From positions 1-48,061 of the IMG/VR virus record IMGVR_UViG_3300001199_000002: a DNA stretch of 48,061 nucleotides. One strand, given 5' to 3'. The position numbers and the translations under genes were made by a program. The stretch is from a virus (taxonomy: Duplodnaviria > Heunggongvirae > Uroviricota > Caudoviricetes). Below, one piece after another: positions 18,588 to 29,990 of this stretch (the stretch's first letter is position 1; each line of letters begins with the position of its first letter). The notes beneath the pieces were generated by a model. The model saw only the letters and a list, made by a program, of their open reading frames with translations. It did no database searches and was not told where the DNA came from.

Positions 18588-19050
18588 TGGTATACCTACG
18601 AAGGATGAGCTTGCCAGTGGACTGGTCACCACACTTGCGACACGCGAGGATTTGAAGCCGCCGACCACCTACGCGGTTGCGACGCCTCTGAATATCCTGT
18701 TGACACACGGGGCAGTGAAGAATGAACTTGTAAGGCATCTCGTATGAGATACTCTTCGTATGCGAGCGCGGAGTTGCACCAAGCTTACGCGCCCACATCT
18801 TCCATTCTGGACCATGCTTGGCAAACGGACCGGCAAGAGCATGCGCAACTTCGTGCCGAATCGTATCCATAATCTCGGCATCAGTACCGTTGAGGATATG
18901 ATGACGCGACAGCTTGATGAGCTTTCTGCTGTACGAGCAGAGTCCGAGTCGGCGCGACCCACGTCCGAGTTTCACCGTCCAACCCTGGCTCACAAGATTG
19001 TGTTCGTTCAGAAGGTTGAGAGTCAACGCCACTGCGGTTCCGAGTTCCAT
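18556..19050 (-). CDS. SprT-like zinc metalloprotease
   Basis: RRLGLC...TIRHEVAHAL...HGPEWK, C-terminal CxxC pairs. Confidence 0.8.
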   Translation of the reverse strand: MELGTAVALTLNLLNEHNLVSQGWTVKLGRGSRRLGLCSYSRKLIKLSRHHILNGTDAEIMDTIRHEVAHALAGPFAKHGPEWKMWARKLGATPRSHTKSISYEMPYKFILHCPVCQQDIQRRRNRVGGRRLQILACRKCGDQSTGKLILRRYTNESPSLLQSS

Positions 19051-19114
19051 GATCTTATGATACCATGATTGGTCTAGTTGTCAAGTCTTTCTCAAAAACC
19101 GCAGCTAGGCGTTA

Positions 19115-20227
19115 TCACTTCACCATGCGACGGATCACCTTACCAGCATTCGCACCTTCATCCACCATCGACTCGGCGCGCGAAGTCTGAGCGGCTTCCC
19201 ATGAGATACCAAGGGAAATTCGCCACACGCTGTATTCGGGACCGCTGGCGTTCTCTGGCAGAAGCGAAGCCTTTACAACCGCCTCAGCCTGAGTCTTAGG
19301 CATATCGAACAGCTTGTTCAGCTTCTCAACAGCCTCATCGAAGGTGTTCGCAAACTGCGTATTCGCAGCAGTGTTGAAAGTCGTCAGATCCTCTTGACGT
19401 GAACCACCAGCGGTGCGTGCAGCTTCACGAATCACGCTAATGTATTCGCGGAAACCGCGAGCGATGTTTCCACGGTGGATGAAACGCTTACGATTCTCGG
19501 TCTTGCGATCCCACATCAAGAACGTGCCGCTCTGTTCGCGGAAGTAGAAAGTGCTGAATCCAAAGCTACGAGCACCAACCTCACTGTTCCAGATCATGAT
19601 GCCTTGGCGCAAGCCACCAAGCTGGTCGTCCATCTGTTGGATATCATCCGTGAAGAAGAATCCGAACGAAGTCTGATCACCACGGAAGAGAGCGGTGCGA
19701 CCCGCACCAAGCAGAGCGCCACAACCCTTACGGGCAACTGCGGGCACAAAACCAGCGGGAATCAAACACTTGTTGACTTCGCTGAACATCGTGTAGTCCC
19801 AAAGGCGCGAGTAGTCCTGACCATTCAGGGCACGAATCCGCTTGTTCGGATCGAGCAACATGATCTTGAACTCACCCATAGCATTCGGGAACAGGGTGTT
19901 GAGGTTGTCGATCGCCAGATCGTTGCGACCATGGAATTGGAGACGACGGACAACATCCGTATCCAGCTTAGCCATACGACAAGCCTGCATCATCGAGTAG
20001 TGCGTCAGCGCATACGGATTCGGGATATCACCAGTGTTCTCGCTCGTCAGAGCGATACCGACCGAATTGCCCAACTCGGCAAACTCGATCTCGTTCGTTT
20101 CGACCGCACGTTCCTTCGAACCCGTCATGTCCTGCTTCGCGCTTTCGAGAAGCTGGTCCATAACGTCGAACTGGGTGTCCGGCGCGCGGTTGAAGATGCT
20201 GGGAAGCTGTTGAGTGCTGTTGTTCAT
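19115..20227 (-). CDS. DUF932/DUF945-like protein
   Basis: RAL...YSRLWD and IWNSEVGARSF...RFIHRG motifs; own sigma70 promoter. Confidence 0.55.
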   Translation of the reverse strand: MNNSTQQLPSIFNRAPDTQFDVMDQLLESAKQDMTGSKERAVETNEIEFAELGNSVGIALTSENTGDIPNPYALTHYSMMQACRMAKLDTDVVRRLQFHGRNDLAIDNLNTLFPNAMGEFKIMLLDPNKRIRALNGQDYSRLWDYTMFSEVNKCLIPAGFVPAVARKGCGALLGAGRTALFRGDQTSFGFFFTDDIQQMDDQLGGLRQGIMIWNSEVGARSFGFSTFYFREQSGTFLMWDRKTENRKRFIHRGNIARGFREYISVIREAARTAGGSRQEDLTTFNTAANTQFANTFDEAVEKLNKLFDMPKTQAEAVVKASLLPENASGPEYSVWRISLGISWEAAQTSRAESMVDEGANAGKVIRRMVK

Positions 20228-20783
20228 GCCCTTACTATACCACGGTAGAGGTAGTTGTCAAGAACTTCGTTCAACTTTTTCACTGTGGCTCTGGCTCGTT
20301 GATGATGATGCAAAACTCAGGAAGCTTAGCGCCAACCGTGTCCAACATTTCTTGTGGTTGTCGATCAAGCGAAATGTCACGCCCCATCTTTCGGCTCAAT
20401 TCGAGTAGATGCTCTAGCGAGTTGATCTCTACAACTGTTACTACGGCCTGATGGGCTTCGTCAAGCCTATAGGTGATACGTTCGGTCTTGAACCCATCTG
20501 GAAGTGCTGGGCAGTAGATATCTAGTTGATTCACTACTCCATCTTCACCTACAAGAAGAGTATCTTCATCAAGATGGTCATTACCACCATAGCCAATTGC
20601 AAACTTCATCGACTGATCCTCGCAAAATCGTACTGATGAAGGATATCCACAGCCTCTTCGATAGATAGACTATTTGCTTCCATCAACGTTCCCTCTTCAA
20701 TGAATAGGGTTTCAGTAGCCCATCGTTTCACGGTATCGACAGAGAAGTGCCCGCGTTCTGGGCGTAGAACGAGAATCATATCG

Positions 20784-21233
20784 TCAGGCTCGGCCTGATC
20801 CAATGATGTAGAGCGCGAGTTGATACTTCTCATACATGCTCTTCTTCTTTTTCCTGTCCAGGTCGGACATGTTGTTCTTGATGTCTTCGATCTTAACAAC
20901 TCGGGCAACCTCGTTGTTCTTTACTCGAAGTAGATATTCAAGGTAGTCTTCGCCATCTCGCTTTGTGATGGCATCCACGGCAGCGATAATTGTTGGATGG
21001 ACGCCAGCCTCGTCAAGATCATGAAATGTGATGACAGTATCCTCCACGACATCGTGTAACCACGCTGTTGCGATTGCAGCTTCGGCAAAGTCCTTACCTT
21101 CGTATCCCTGATCCCTAATCGCCTTAGCGATAGCCACAGGGTGCGCGATGTATGGAGTCTTGCCATCCCATCGAAACTGCCCTTCGTGGGCCTTGGTTGC
21201 AATTTCTCGCGCTAGTTGAACTTGATCTTTCAT
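20784..21233 (-). CDS. HD-domain (p)ppGpp hydrolase-like protein (SpoT-HD/Mesh1 type)
   Basis: AHEGQFR...PYIAHP...AWLHDVVEDT...VKIEDIKNN. Confidence 0.8.
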   Translation of the reverse strand: MKDQVQLAREIATKAHEGQFRWDGKTPYIAHPVAIAKAIRDQGYEGKDFAEAAIATAWLHDVVEDTVITFHDLDEAGVHPTIIAAVDAITKRDGEDYLEYLLRVKNNEVARVVKIEDIKNNMSDLDRKKKKSMYEKYQLALYIIGSGRA

Positions 21234-21733
21234 TGGATTTGAACCCTGATAGCTTCTGAGATAACAGGATTTCCTGATGGCGTTGTAAAGAACACCTGCA
21301 TCGTAAAATCCGCTCCAACTGGAAGCAGACCAACGGTGATCTCACTAGTGCCCATAATATCGCCAGGACCACCGGGCCAACTAGAAACTCTATGTGCGAA
21401 AACATATTGTGTGTAGTCGCCGGGTGGAACAATCCAAAACGTAGGATTAGCAACGAAGATATCGGTTCCAAAAGGATCGAAGTCACCGATAGCAGCGATT
21501 CCCCATTGGTCTAGAGCAAGGAATGGATTAGGTGCATATCCACCGAATGCAGCAATAAACCAATATCCATGGAGGATACCCTGAGTTCCTGCCCAAGCAA
21601 AGCCTGGAGTTTGTGGACGATAAACAGACGTGATACACTGATGTCCCAGCAGCGTTGTATTGGTGTATGTCCTATGAGGATTTTGTCCCACCAATGGTAG
21701 TGCCAAAGACAACACGGCAAGTTGCTTAATCAT
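21230..21733 (-). CDS. Secreted hypothetical protein
   Basis: MIKQLAVLSLALPLVGQ signal-peptide-like N-terminus. Confidence 0.55.
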   Translation of the reverse strand: MIKQLAVLSLALPLVGQNPHRTYTNTTLLGHQCITSVYRPQTPGFAWAGTQGILHGYWFIAAFGGYAPNPFLALDQWGIAAIGDFDPFGTDIFVANPTFWIVPPGDYTQYVFAHRVSSWPGGPGDIMGTSEITVGLLPVGADFTMQVFFTTPSGNPVISEAIRVQIQ

Positions 21734-23377
21734 TGTGCATCCTCTTCATCATCGCTCTTCTGATCGAAACTTTCGTCATCAGTAGAACCTGCTTCTTCGA
21801 GATTACCCATCTCACGCTCTAGATCATCTACCAGAGCCTGATAGACTTCAAGTTGAGTCGCAAGATCATGGCGCGCAACTGTGCTGCGAACCGTGTTCAA
21901 AAGACGCTGCGCAATCTGCTCTGCTTTCATCGGACTTTCTTATTTCTCCTACTAGATGTTACCACGAAATTGTGGCATGTCAAATTGGTTTTCAGCATTC
22001 CAGGAATATCGCTGGTGACAATTGTGCGATAGGAGTCTCGTATGCTAGCTTGTACATAAGCATAGGCTCTGGAACGAAGTGTTTCGAGTAAACCTCTTGT
22101 GACAACCTGTCCATAGAGAGATAGTCTCTAGCGTTACCCTCAACAAGAGGTTGGTTGGCACCTACTAGGTAGAGCACGTAGTAGTTTTCGAACACCTTTA
22201 TTAGGCCCACCGCTCCAACAAACCACATTGGTTTATCTAACACTTGTGCAGTCCGCACTTGAAAGTAGATAGCGGTAGAGATTGTCATACCAACGGTGCG
22301 ATCATTATCTTCTACATGCTTTTTCATTGAGCGCCAAACGCTTGTAATGATAGCATCTCGCATGCCAGAGTATCGTCCACCCAGGTGTAAGTGTAGCTCT
22401 GGATGCATATAGAGCGACACTTCGATCATTCGCAACTCAGACGTGGAACTGGAATGATGCCGTTTCTGATCTGTGATTCAATCACACGAGTCTCTTCGAT
22501 ACCACCCTCTAGGCGATCGATCTTCGTCTTGAGTTCGTTGATCTCATCTTGAAGAGCCTCACGACGTGCTCGTAGATGCCCAATGATCGTCTGAATTGGT
22601 AATTCGGTATTCACACCCACTTCTCCACTGTGTAGTTGATTTCGTAGTGACCACTTTCTGGAATGTAAACCATCGAGTCTTGCGATCCAAGATACGAATT
22701 GATGGTCCAACCATGTTCTTGGTGAGTCTCAAGCAACCACAGTCGGATAGCCGCCTTGCTGGTGTCCTTACCAGTATAGACCACCGTTCGAGCTTCGCGG
22801 TAGTGCTTCTTTCCGACATGTTCGAGTCGGTTAACTTCGCCCTCGCACTCTACTGGTCTGTTAGACAGCATGAATGCAAAGTTCTCTGGCGTCATTTCCA
22901 ATTCTAGGAAGCGAATTCCAGACTCTTCGTCTCTGACGTAGATCATAAACTTCCCATTGGATGAGAGGCCACTGTAGATTTCCATCTTCATCGTTGTGCC
23001 TTCTTCCGCAATGTGTAGCCCATCGACTCAGCGAGTTGCTTGATGATTGCCAACTTCTGATCCTGGTCGCAGTGTGCATGCCCAAGCACAGTACCATAGT
23101 TGCCACCGACAGCCACAATGGCGTGATGATCCGCGTGATGTGTTTCAATCACAGTTGCTGCATTGACATGGTTATGTGCAGAAACATCCTGTGAGCGATA
23201 GTGGCGACCAGTCTTCGGATCGATACCGAGAGATAGCCCAAGAACAGCATCGCGCAACTTCTTACCAAACTGGTTATCGCTTGCGATTTGCTCAAGAGCG
23301 TCATTCATGACGACGACAGTAGTGTTGTATCCCATGACCTTATTGTATCATCTAGATGATGATTGTCAAACGATTTC

Positions 23378-23737
23378 TCACAAACCGTGCTTACCACGCA
23401 ACTGCTCGACGTATTCTTTTGCTTCCTTCAAGCCCTCACCAGTGAGTTCACGTCGCTTTCTGATTCCGTTTAGGTAGTTGCTATGTCCACCTGCGGCATC
23501 TGCCATTGCGCTTAGGATCTGTTCATCCATAGAAAGAGTTACACCTAGCTTATCTAGCGGCTGGGTGTGATACCATTCCAATCGATGCCATTTCACAATC
23601 AACTCACCATCATCCATAGAGACGATGCGTAAGTGTGACTCAGGAACGAATTCGATAGTCGTAACTTTCTCAAAGGTGCGACGATCTCTGATGCCTTCGG
23701 AACCAGATAGGAACTCTACCTCAACTCTCTGAAACAT
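23378..23737 (-). CDS. Protein with C-terminal ribosomal L7/L12-CTD-like motif
   Basis: IRKRRELTGEGLKEAKEYVE resembles the IK.VRE.TGLGLKEAK..VE motif of L7/L12. Confidence 0.6.
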   Translation of the reverse strand: MFQRVEVEFLSGSEGIRDRRTFEKVTTIEFVPESHLRIVSMDDGELIVKWHRLEWYHTQPLDKLGVTLSMDEQILSAMADAAGGHSNYLNGIRKRRELTGEGLKEAKEYVEQLRGKHGL

Positions 23738-24179
23738 CTTGCGCTCCGTTTAGTAGCTCGATTGCTTTGACAACATGCTCATCTTGCAGTCCGTGCTTCC
23801 ACGTAGTTGCAACTAGACGATCTGGAATCTTGTCGAACTCACCAGCACTATCGTCAATTGCAATGAAGCTATCCACGTCTGGACGAGAGTGTAGCCACAT
23901 AAGGATCTCATCGCCACGATTGAAGTATGTAGCGTCGAGCCTTGGCGTCTTATCGATCACCACGTCCCTCAATCCATGTTGGCGAAGTAGAGCCGTAAGT
24001 TGACCGAGTGGATGCAGAATGCGCCATGTGCTGCTAATCACAATCTTGCAGCCCGTAGCATCTACGATCTGATTGATACGCTCAACCATACCACGATCGA
24101 TAGCGTCGCCACGTCGTTGCTCATCGAGCACGAACGCAGAGTTGAGAACGCCATCGATGTCGAGAAAGAGAACCTTCAT
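23721..24179 (-). CDS. HAD-family phosphatase (Swiss Army Knife RNA-repair type)
   Basis: KVLFLDIDGVLN, IVISSTWR, RGDEI..WL, FIAIDD. Confidence 0.8.
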   Translation of the reverse strand: MKVLFLDIDGVLNSAFVLDEQRRGDAIDRGMVERINQIVDATGCKIVISSTWRILHPLGQLTALLRQHGLRDVVIDKTPRLDATYFNRGDEILMWLHSRPDVDSFIAIDDSAGEFDKIPDRLVATTWKHGLQDEHVVKAIELLNGAQDVSES

Positions 24180-24222
24180 GCGCCTATTCTACCACGTTAG
24201 AGGTAGTTGTCAAGCGAATCGC

Positions 24223-25095
24223 TCAGATATCTCGTTCGTCCCTAAGGCCCAGGAAGACTGGGAATCGTGGGATGCCATCAGCAGACAGTTCTTGAAACTT
24301 GAACTTGACTTGCTTACCAATCAACTTCTTCTTGCGCATCCATAGATCCTTGCGCGTCTCGTGATCGAAGCCAGTGCCGATAGAGAACTCTTTGCCGTTC
24401 TTGAGCTTCACATTGAGAGCACCCATCATGTTCTGTGCAACTAGATTCTCTTGATGTGACGAGCGTTCAGTGCGACCAAGCGCGTTGGTAGTTGGGGCGT
24501 TCTGATTCTCATACAATGGCTCCATATCGACAATAGTAGCCTCGTCGTCTTCGAATCGCTTGAGCTTCATCAACTTGGCTTCCTTCATGCTTGAGCGCCC
24601 AAACTTGTATGTTCCATACAGATTGCGCAGCATCAAGCCCTCATAGCCATCAGCGAGCACTTCTTGTTCGATTTCCTCAACTTCGTTTTCGTTGTTGACC
24701 GTAACCTGAGGCACTTCACGAACTCGTTGATTATTGAACTCTGCCACAATTAGCGACAGCTTCATAAGCCGCGTCGAGTATGGCAGTGCGCAATCGTTGT
24801 GATAGTCAAACACTGCATAGTAGAAGTCTGGTTCTCCATCTTCTGACATAACAGCGGACTGCACAGAGTTGAAGTCGCCCTCAACCATGATCTCACCATC
24901 TAGACCATCTAGTTCTGGATGAGCCTCAAGGAACTTCCTAATAAAGGTGTTGGGAATCGGTTTAAGATTCCTCGTGACAGCCTTTCCGTTCAAGATGACG
25001 CAACGGATGCCATCCAACTTAGGCGATGCCAGCAATGGAAACACAAGCTGCTTGATATCTTTGATCGTAGCAGCAAGCATGGGTTTGAATGTCAT
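24223..25095 (-). CDS. ATP-dependent DNA ligase
   Basis: SPKLDGIR, LDGEI, VFD, EGLMLR, KLKRF, OB-fold GTGF...PRFPVF. Confidence 0.9.
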   Translation of the reverse strand: MTFKPMLAATIKDIKQLVFPLLASPKLDGIRCVILNGKAVTRNLKPIPNTFIRKFLEAHPELDGLDGEIMVEGDFNSVQSAVMSEDGEPDFYYAVFDYHNDCALPYSTRLMKLSLIVAEFNNQRVREVPQVTVNNENEVEEIEQEVLADGYEGLMLRNLYGTYKFGRSSMKEAKLMKLKRFEDDEATIVDMEPLYENQNAPTTNALGRTERSSHQENLVAQNMMGALNVKLKNGKEFSIGTGFDHETRKDLWMRKKKLIGKQVKFKFQELSADGIPRFPVFLGLRDERDI

Positions 25096-25342
25096 CAGAC
25101 TGCTCCATAGCCCTTATTAGGGCGACGACGAACCTTGGTTGGCTCCTCAGCGACGCTATTCTTTAGTGCGTCTCCAAGATTGATGATGCTTGGTTCGGTG
25201 ATCTTTTCCTTTACACCTATAGCAGTATCCTGACAGAAGACTGTTGCATCTTCGGTAAGTGTCACTCGATCGCCATTAGGCGCAAGAATAATGGTCCCCT
25301 TGGGAATGGTAAACCACTGACGATTGATTCTGACTTCTTCGT

Positions 25343-25582
25343 TCATGATCCAAGCTCCTTACGCATGATCTCGACACACTTTTCGCAGTTAGCTTTCTGC
25401 ACATCACCCTTAAGGTCCATGCCCATAAGCTTTGCGCCGCACAAAGCAATGGTGCCTTCCTTGGCTGGCATATCCTTCTTTCGCACGATATGCGCCTTGG
25501 GTGGCCAGCATGAGAGACCATCGTCAGTGACAGGTTTAGTTACGGTTTGTGTCATAGCAGTTACTTCTTCTTCACTTCCCAT
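25343..25582 (-). CDS. Small Zn-binding protein (DUF3039-like)
   Basis: AHIV...ALCG...CEKC. Confidence 0.5.
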   Translation of the reverse strand: MGSEEEVTAMTQTVTKPVTDDGLSCWPPKAHIVRKKDMPAKEGTIALCGAKLMGMDLKGDVQKANCEKCVEIMRKELGS

Positions 25583-28500
25583 TCCTTCTCGCCTGCATCG
25601 ACTTTCTCTACGAATCGAGCAAGGAAAGAATCAGCCAGACCATTGATACTACCATGAGAAAGGTAGCGCGCAAGAACAGCCGTTCGGATCTGAGCGAACA
25701 ACTCGCGCGACATAGAGATGCGAATCTCAACATTGTCGGCAGATTGCTTATTCTTGTCACCCAACATGTTCATCATGTCAGTAAGGTCGTCAAACATCTT
25801 CTTGAAATCGTCGTCCATGTTAGTCCAGATAGATCCCTAGTTGAGTTTCACACACCGTCATCACATAACAGGTCCAACAACAGTTGATCCCTTGGTTACA
25901 GTAGTCGTGATAGTGGCTTTCGCATACAAAGCCTCTAGTCTTCACACTTTCTTTGCACTCTTGACAGTTCGTCTGCTTATCACTAGCAGCCTTGAAGGTA
26001 GCTCGTGAAGCCTCAATCTCGGCACGATCGGCAGCGTCTACAATCTTGTCTAGATGCTTCGCGATGCTCCATTGGTGGATACGAAAAAGCTCTAGCGTCT
26101 CTGGTGTGAACTTATGCATTCGACCATCCTTGTAGACCATACTATGCCTTATCCTTTTCCCATTGTTCGCGCCACTCTTTCTCTTCTGCGAGACACCTAG
26201 CCCTAAACTCTTCCCTACCGAGTTCGACGTAGTTCTTAGTAGTCATACCTGACTCGTGCTCAGCAAGAGGAAAGAATCCAGCCTGGAAGACAGTAACCCA
26301 CACCTTATGGGGTGAGGCTAGCGCGATGATATGACAGGCGTTAGTTGTCTTCTCAACATGAGACTTTGCAACAGTCAATGCTGTGCGATAGTCTACATCT
26401 TCAATGAGGAAACAACCTTTCGACTTGACACTAAACTTGTTCATCTTCGTCTAGTTGCCTTAGTGCAATCAGCATTTTGTGAACTTCACCATTCGGATGG
26501 ATAGACACGCCCTGATCTAGGTGATTCGCAAGCGCCCTAATGATCGGCTTCCAACGATCTATGGTTTCTTTCAAGAAGAGTAATCGTGCTTCTTGGTTAT
26601 ACTTTCTCATTGCAGCAAACCATTCTTCATTGAACTCGGCGATGGTTGTCATCTAGTTGTCTCGCTTCCTGCGTTCCTCTTCAAGAATCTCTTCGATGAT
26701 CTCGTCAGCCAATCGCACCTGTTCTGGTAGATCGCTTTCGATGAACTTGATAGCCTCATCTTCCATCTTACAACGGTGGAGTAGCGTATCCATCGAACCA
26801 CGCACATACCACCAACGGTCTAGACCTTGGTAGTAGCGACAGCCATAGCGATTGCTCTTGAGCGGCTTCATTACCTTATGATACACCACAATTCGCGCTA
26901 GTCAAGCCCTTTCAGCAATTTGTCATCGACAATTACTTTGAGCCAGCCCGTATTAGACGATGGCACCCAATAGAGTAGCTTTTCAGCAGCTTGGAGAATT
27001 TCTTTTGTCGTAGATGCTTTGGATGATACCGTGACCAAGCATAAGTAGAATGCTTCACCAACTGGATGCATACGTACAAGCCAACCACTATGACATTCAA
27101 GTGGCTGAACGAACACTCCTGGTGCCATAATCAATCTTAGAGCCTCTTTTGTAAGCACGTCGTGTATATCGGATGGTCTCGTATTAGAGACTACCTCATC
27201 ACTAAGATTGTACAGCACAATGTAACTAGTCATCTAGTTGTCTTCTAATTAGACACTCTCATCATAGGACAGTTCGTCCCAGTTGTCGTCAGCAAGCTTC
27301 TCGTCGCGATGCTTGTCGCATGTCAGCCGCTCTACCTTCTTACGGTTGTGCCATAGTCGGCTAGTTGCTTCGCAGTCGCAGAAGTCACAGTTCCTGTTTT
27401 GGTGTTTCATCGCCTATCCTTCTCTCGTGACCAGTTCACAAGGTTGAACATGAAGATGGCAGCACAGAAGCAGAGAAGTAACGCCCACCCTCCACCAAGT
27501 TGGTAGGCAGCTACGAGTGCGATGATGAAAACAATCATTGTCTAGTTGCCAATGTAGACATCGATGTAACGAGTGCCAACAGGGAAGTCAATAAGGTCAC
27601 CAGTCGTTGTGCCAAAGACCTCCGTTACCCTAGGATTGCCCATCCGATCTGTTGCGCCAGATGCGCCATGCGTAGCATACATAGGCAGTTCGCCATAGCC
27701 CAGATTGGCCAGTTCTTGCAATCGCTTGATGAAGTCGTTGAGTGTCATGGTTGTAGTGTTTCGTTGTCTAGTTGTCGTAGTGCTGAATAGCACTTTCTCC
27801 AAACAACCTCACCATCACTTCACGCTTCCCAAAGTAGCTCCACCGAACTCCCTTGTAGTCCCAGATAGCGATAGGTTCGCCATCCACGTTGTAGCCCCAA
27901 GAGTGTTCGACCTTGCCCGCATCGTCATCGATATTGGGCTTGCCAAGCACTTCACAGATACGCTGGAAGGTGACGTTCAGGTGGCCTTGCTTGTACGAAC
28001 TGATGTGCAGATTAGGAGTGATTTCCATACACACCAGAATACACCATTCGATACAGGAGTCAAGTCTTTCTCACAAATCTGGTTTAGGTGTATCATCGCG
28101 CACGTATCTTAAGTTCTTTTTAGATCAGTGTCGCGTTATGTTGGATATGACACATTGTCATGCCCGATCGGGAAATCGAACGTAAATACAGCAAAGACAG
28201 GCTGTTACGCTAAGTGTCTGGAACCATATACCATAGAGTATAACACTCATATTTAGTAGTATATGATAAGGGGTTTTGGAACTTAAGTGGGCGGTGGCCA
28301 TTAGTCCCTGGAAAGGCGTCGTTAGGTAACACGCACGCACTTACCTAATCCCTGGGCGGTCGTTTCAAAATATGTTCCAGCACAAGCGCAACAAGGCACA
28401 CAACGAACCAGATGATGACTGGCGGACTAAAGAAGGTTGTGGTCATTCGCCCTCTTGTGATTTGAAGAGGAAGCAGACAACTAGCAACGCAGACATAACG

Positions 28501-29171
28501 AGAAGGGCAGCGAAGAAGCAGCACGGCGCTGGGTACAGCAGAGCTAGCAGAACAACTAGAACAAACAGTAGTGCCTTCATTGTCCCTTCCTCTCACGCAT
28601 CGCCTTGATCCTTGCGCGCAGTTCCTCTATGTGGATGATCTTCTCTTTATGTGCAGCGCGGACACTTAGGTAACGCAGCAGGAACATCAGAGGCAGAAGC
28701 ACAGCAGCGGTGCATGCATATGCTACAGTTCCTTGAAGGGCGCAATACCAAATGGCAACTAGAAGGACCAGATTTGTGAGTAAAAGCTCTGTGCTAAGTT
28801 TCATGTGTTTTTGTCTCGTTTCGGCTTGTTCTGCGCGAATATGTCAGCTTATCCCAGGGTGACGAGCAGTCAAGGCGATTTTCGAGAAAGTGCGCTTTAT
28901 GCATAAACAAGATTTGCAGGACAAAAGTGACGTTTGGGACACAACATACCTTAAACGCTTGAGAGAGTTGCTCGCAGCAACGCTTGCGCGTTCTGCTCGA
29001 AGAAGAACGAGAGGCGAGCGTCACCCCAGACAACTAGGTAAGAACATGGTATAGGTGTTCGTGAATGCTAACGCTTACTGCTAAAGTGTTGCGCGCCTCT
29101 GGTACTAAGAACAGAACTTAGAAAGTACTAGAAAGAGTTGACAAGCGCCCAACGTGTGATATCCTACGGGC

Positions 29172-29579
29172 ATGAGCGATAGTCCTCTCACTCGCGCGGA
29201 TCTCGACGCAATGCTTATCCCGGCGGGAGAAGTGTTCGGTCGGATCTTCAAGGCTACGCGCGGTATGTCGCGAGAAGATGCTTTGGTAGTTGCGCAGGAA
29301 ATCCATCTAGGAACCTGGGTGCCACCTCAGCGAGAAGATCGTAGCATGAAGGTGGGCAGCGTATGGGAGTTCTTCGTTAAACTTCCGTTCATCCCATCAA
29401 TGACCGCTCCTAATCCCATGTGGGCGAGCAAGAGCGAAGTTCGTCGAATGATTGAGCAGGGCGCTATCCGTCTTAACTGGCACACAGACTGGAAACCAGA
29501 CGACGAAATGCCGCAGATTATCACCGAGATTACGCTATTCTCAAACGGTCGCCGCTGCACAACTCTCTGGTGTCTCTAG
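29172..29579 (+). CDS. Protein with S4-like RNA-binding motif (TyrRS C-terminal-like)
   Basis: ASKSEVRRMIEQGAIRLN; own TTGACA-17-TATCCT promoter; lone plus-strand gene in the region. Confidence 0.6.
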   Translation: MSDSPLTRADLDAMLIPAGEVFGRIFKATRGMSREDALVVAQEIHLGTWVPPQREDRSMKVGSVWEFFVKLPFIPSMTAPNPMWASKSEVRRMIEQGAIRLNWHTDWKPDDEMPQIITEITLFSNGRRCTTLWCL

Positions 29580-29990
29580 TTGCCAAATATACCAGGAGTC
29601 TAGGGGTCCGACAATATAAGCGTATACGAGCGCAACGTGGCTGCGTGCGCGGCAAAGGCGGAGCCGCCTTGGTGTCTCAAAATGAGACTTACTTGGGTGG
29701 TCGCCGTCCCGCAACGAGACGAACGAGGAAGAAGCCCGCTAGCAACAATGTCAGGACCATGACAAAAGTAGTGTCATTGCCTAGCATTGGCGATGCTGGA
29801 GAAAGCACTTAGCAGCCATCTCCTTCTTCGTGCAACGGCGCACTATTCATAGCGCAATCACTTTGCACTTGATGCACAAGCTCGACGCTCCAATGATCGT
29901 CGCCATACCAATTTGAGGCCCAAAGCTCTGCCTCTTTCCTAGTAACAAACGTTCCGCTGACGATACACACGCCAGCTTCGTAAGTGATGA

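Noticed and set aside
28050-28345. AT-rich intergenic stretch as replication origin
   Set aside because: No iterons or DnaA-box array seen.
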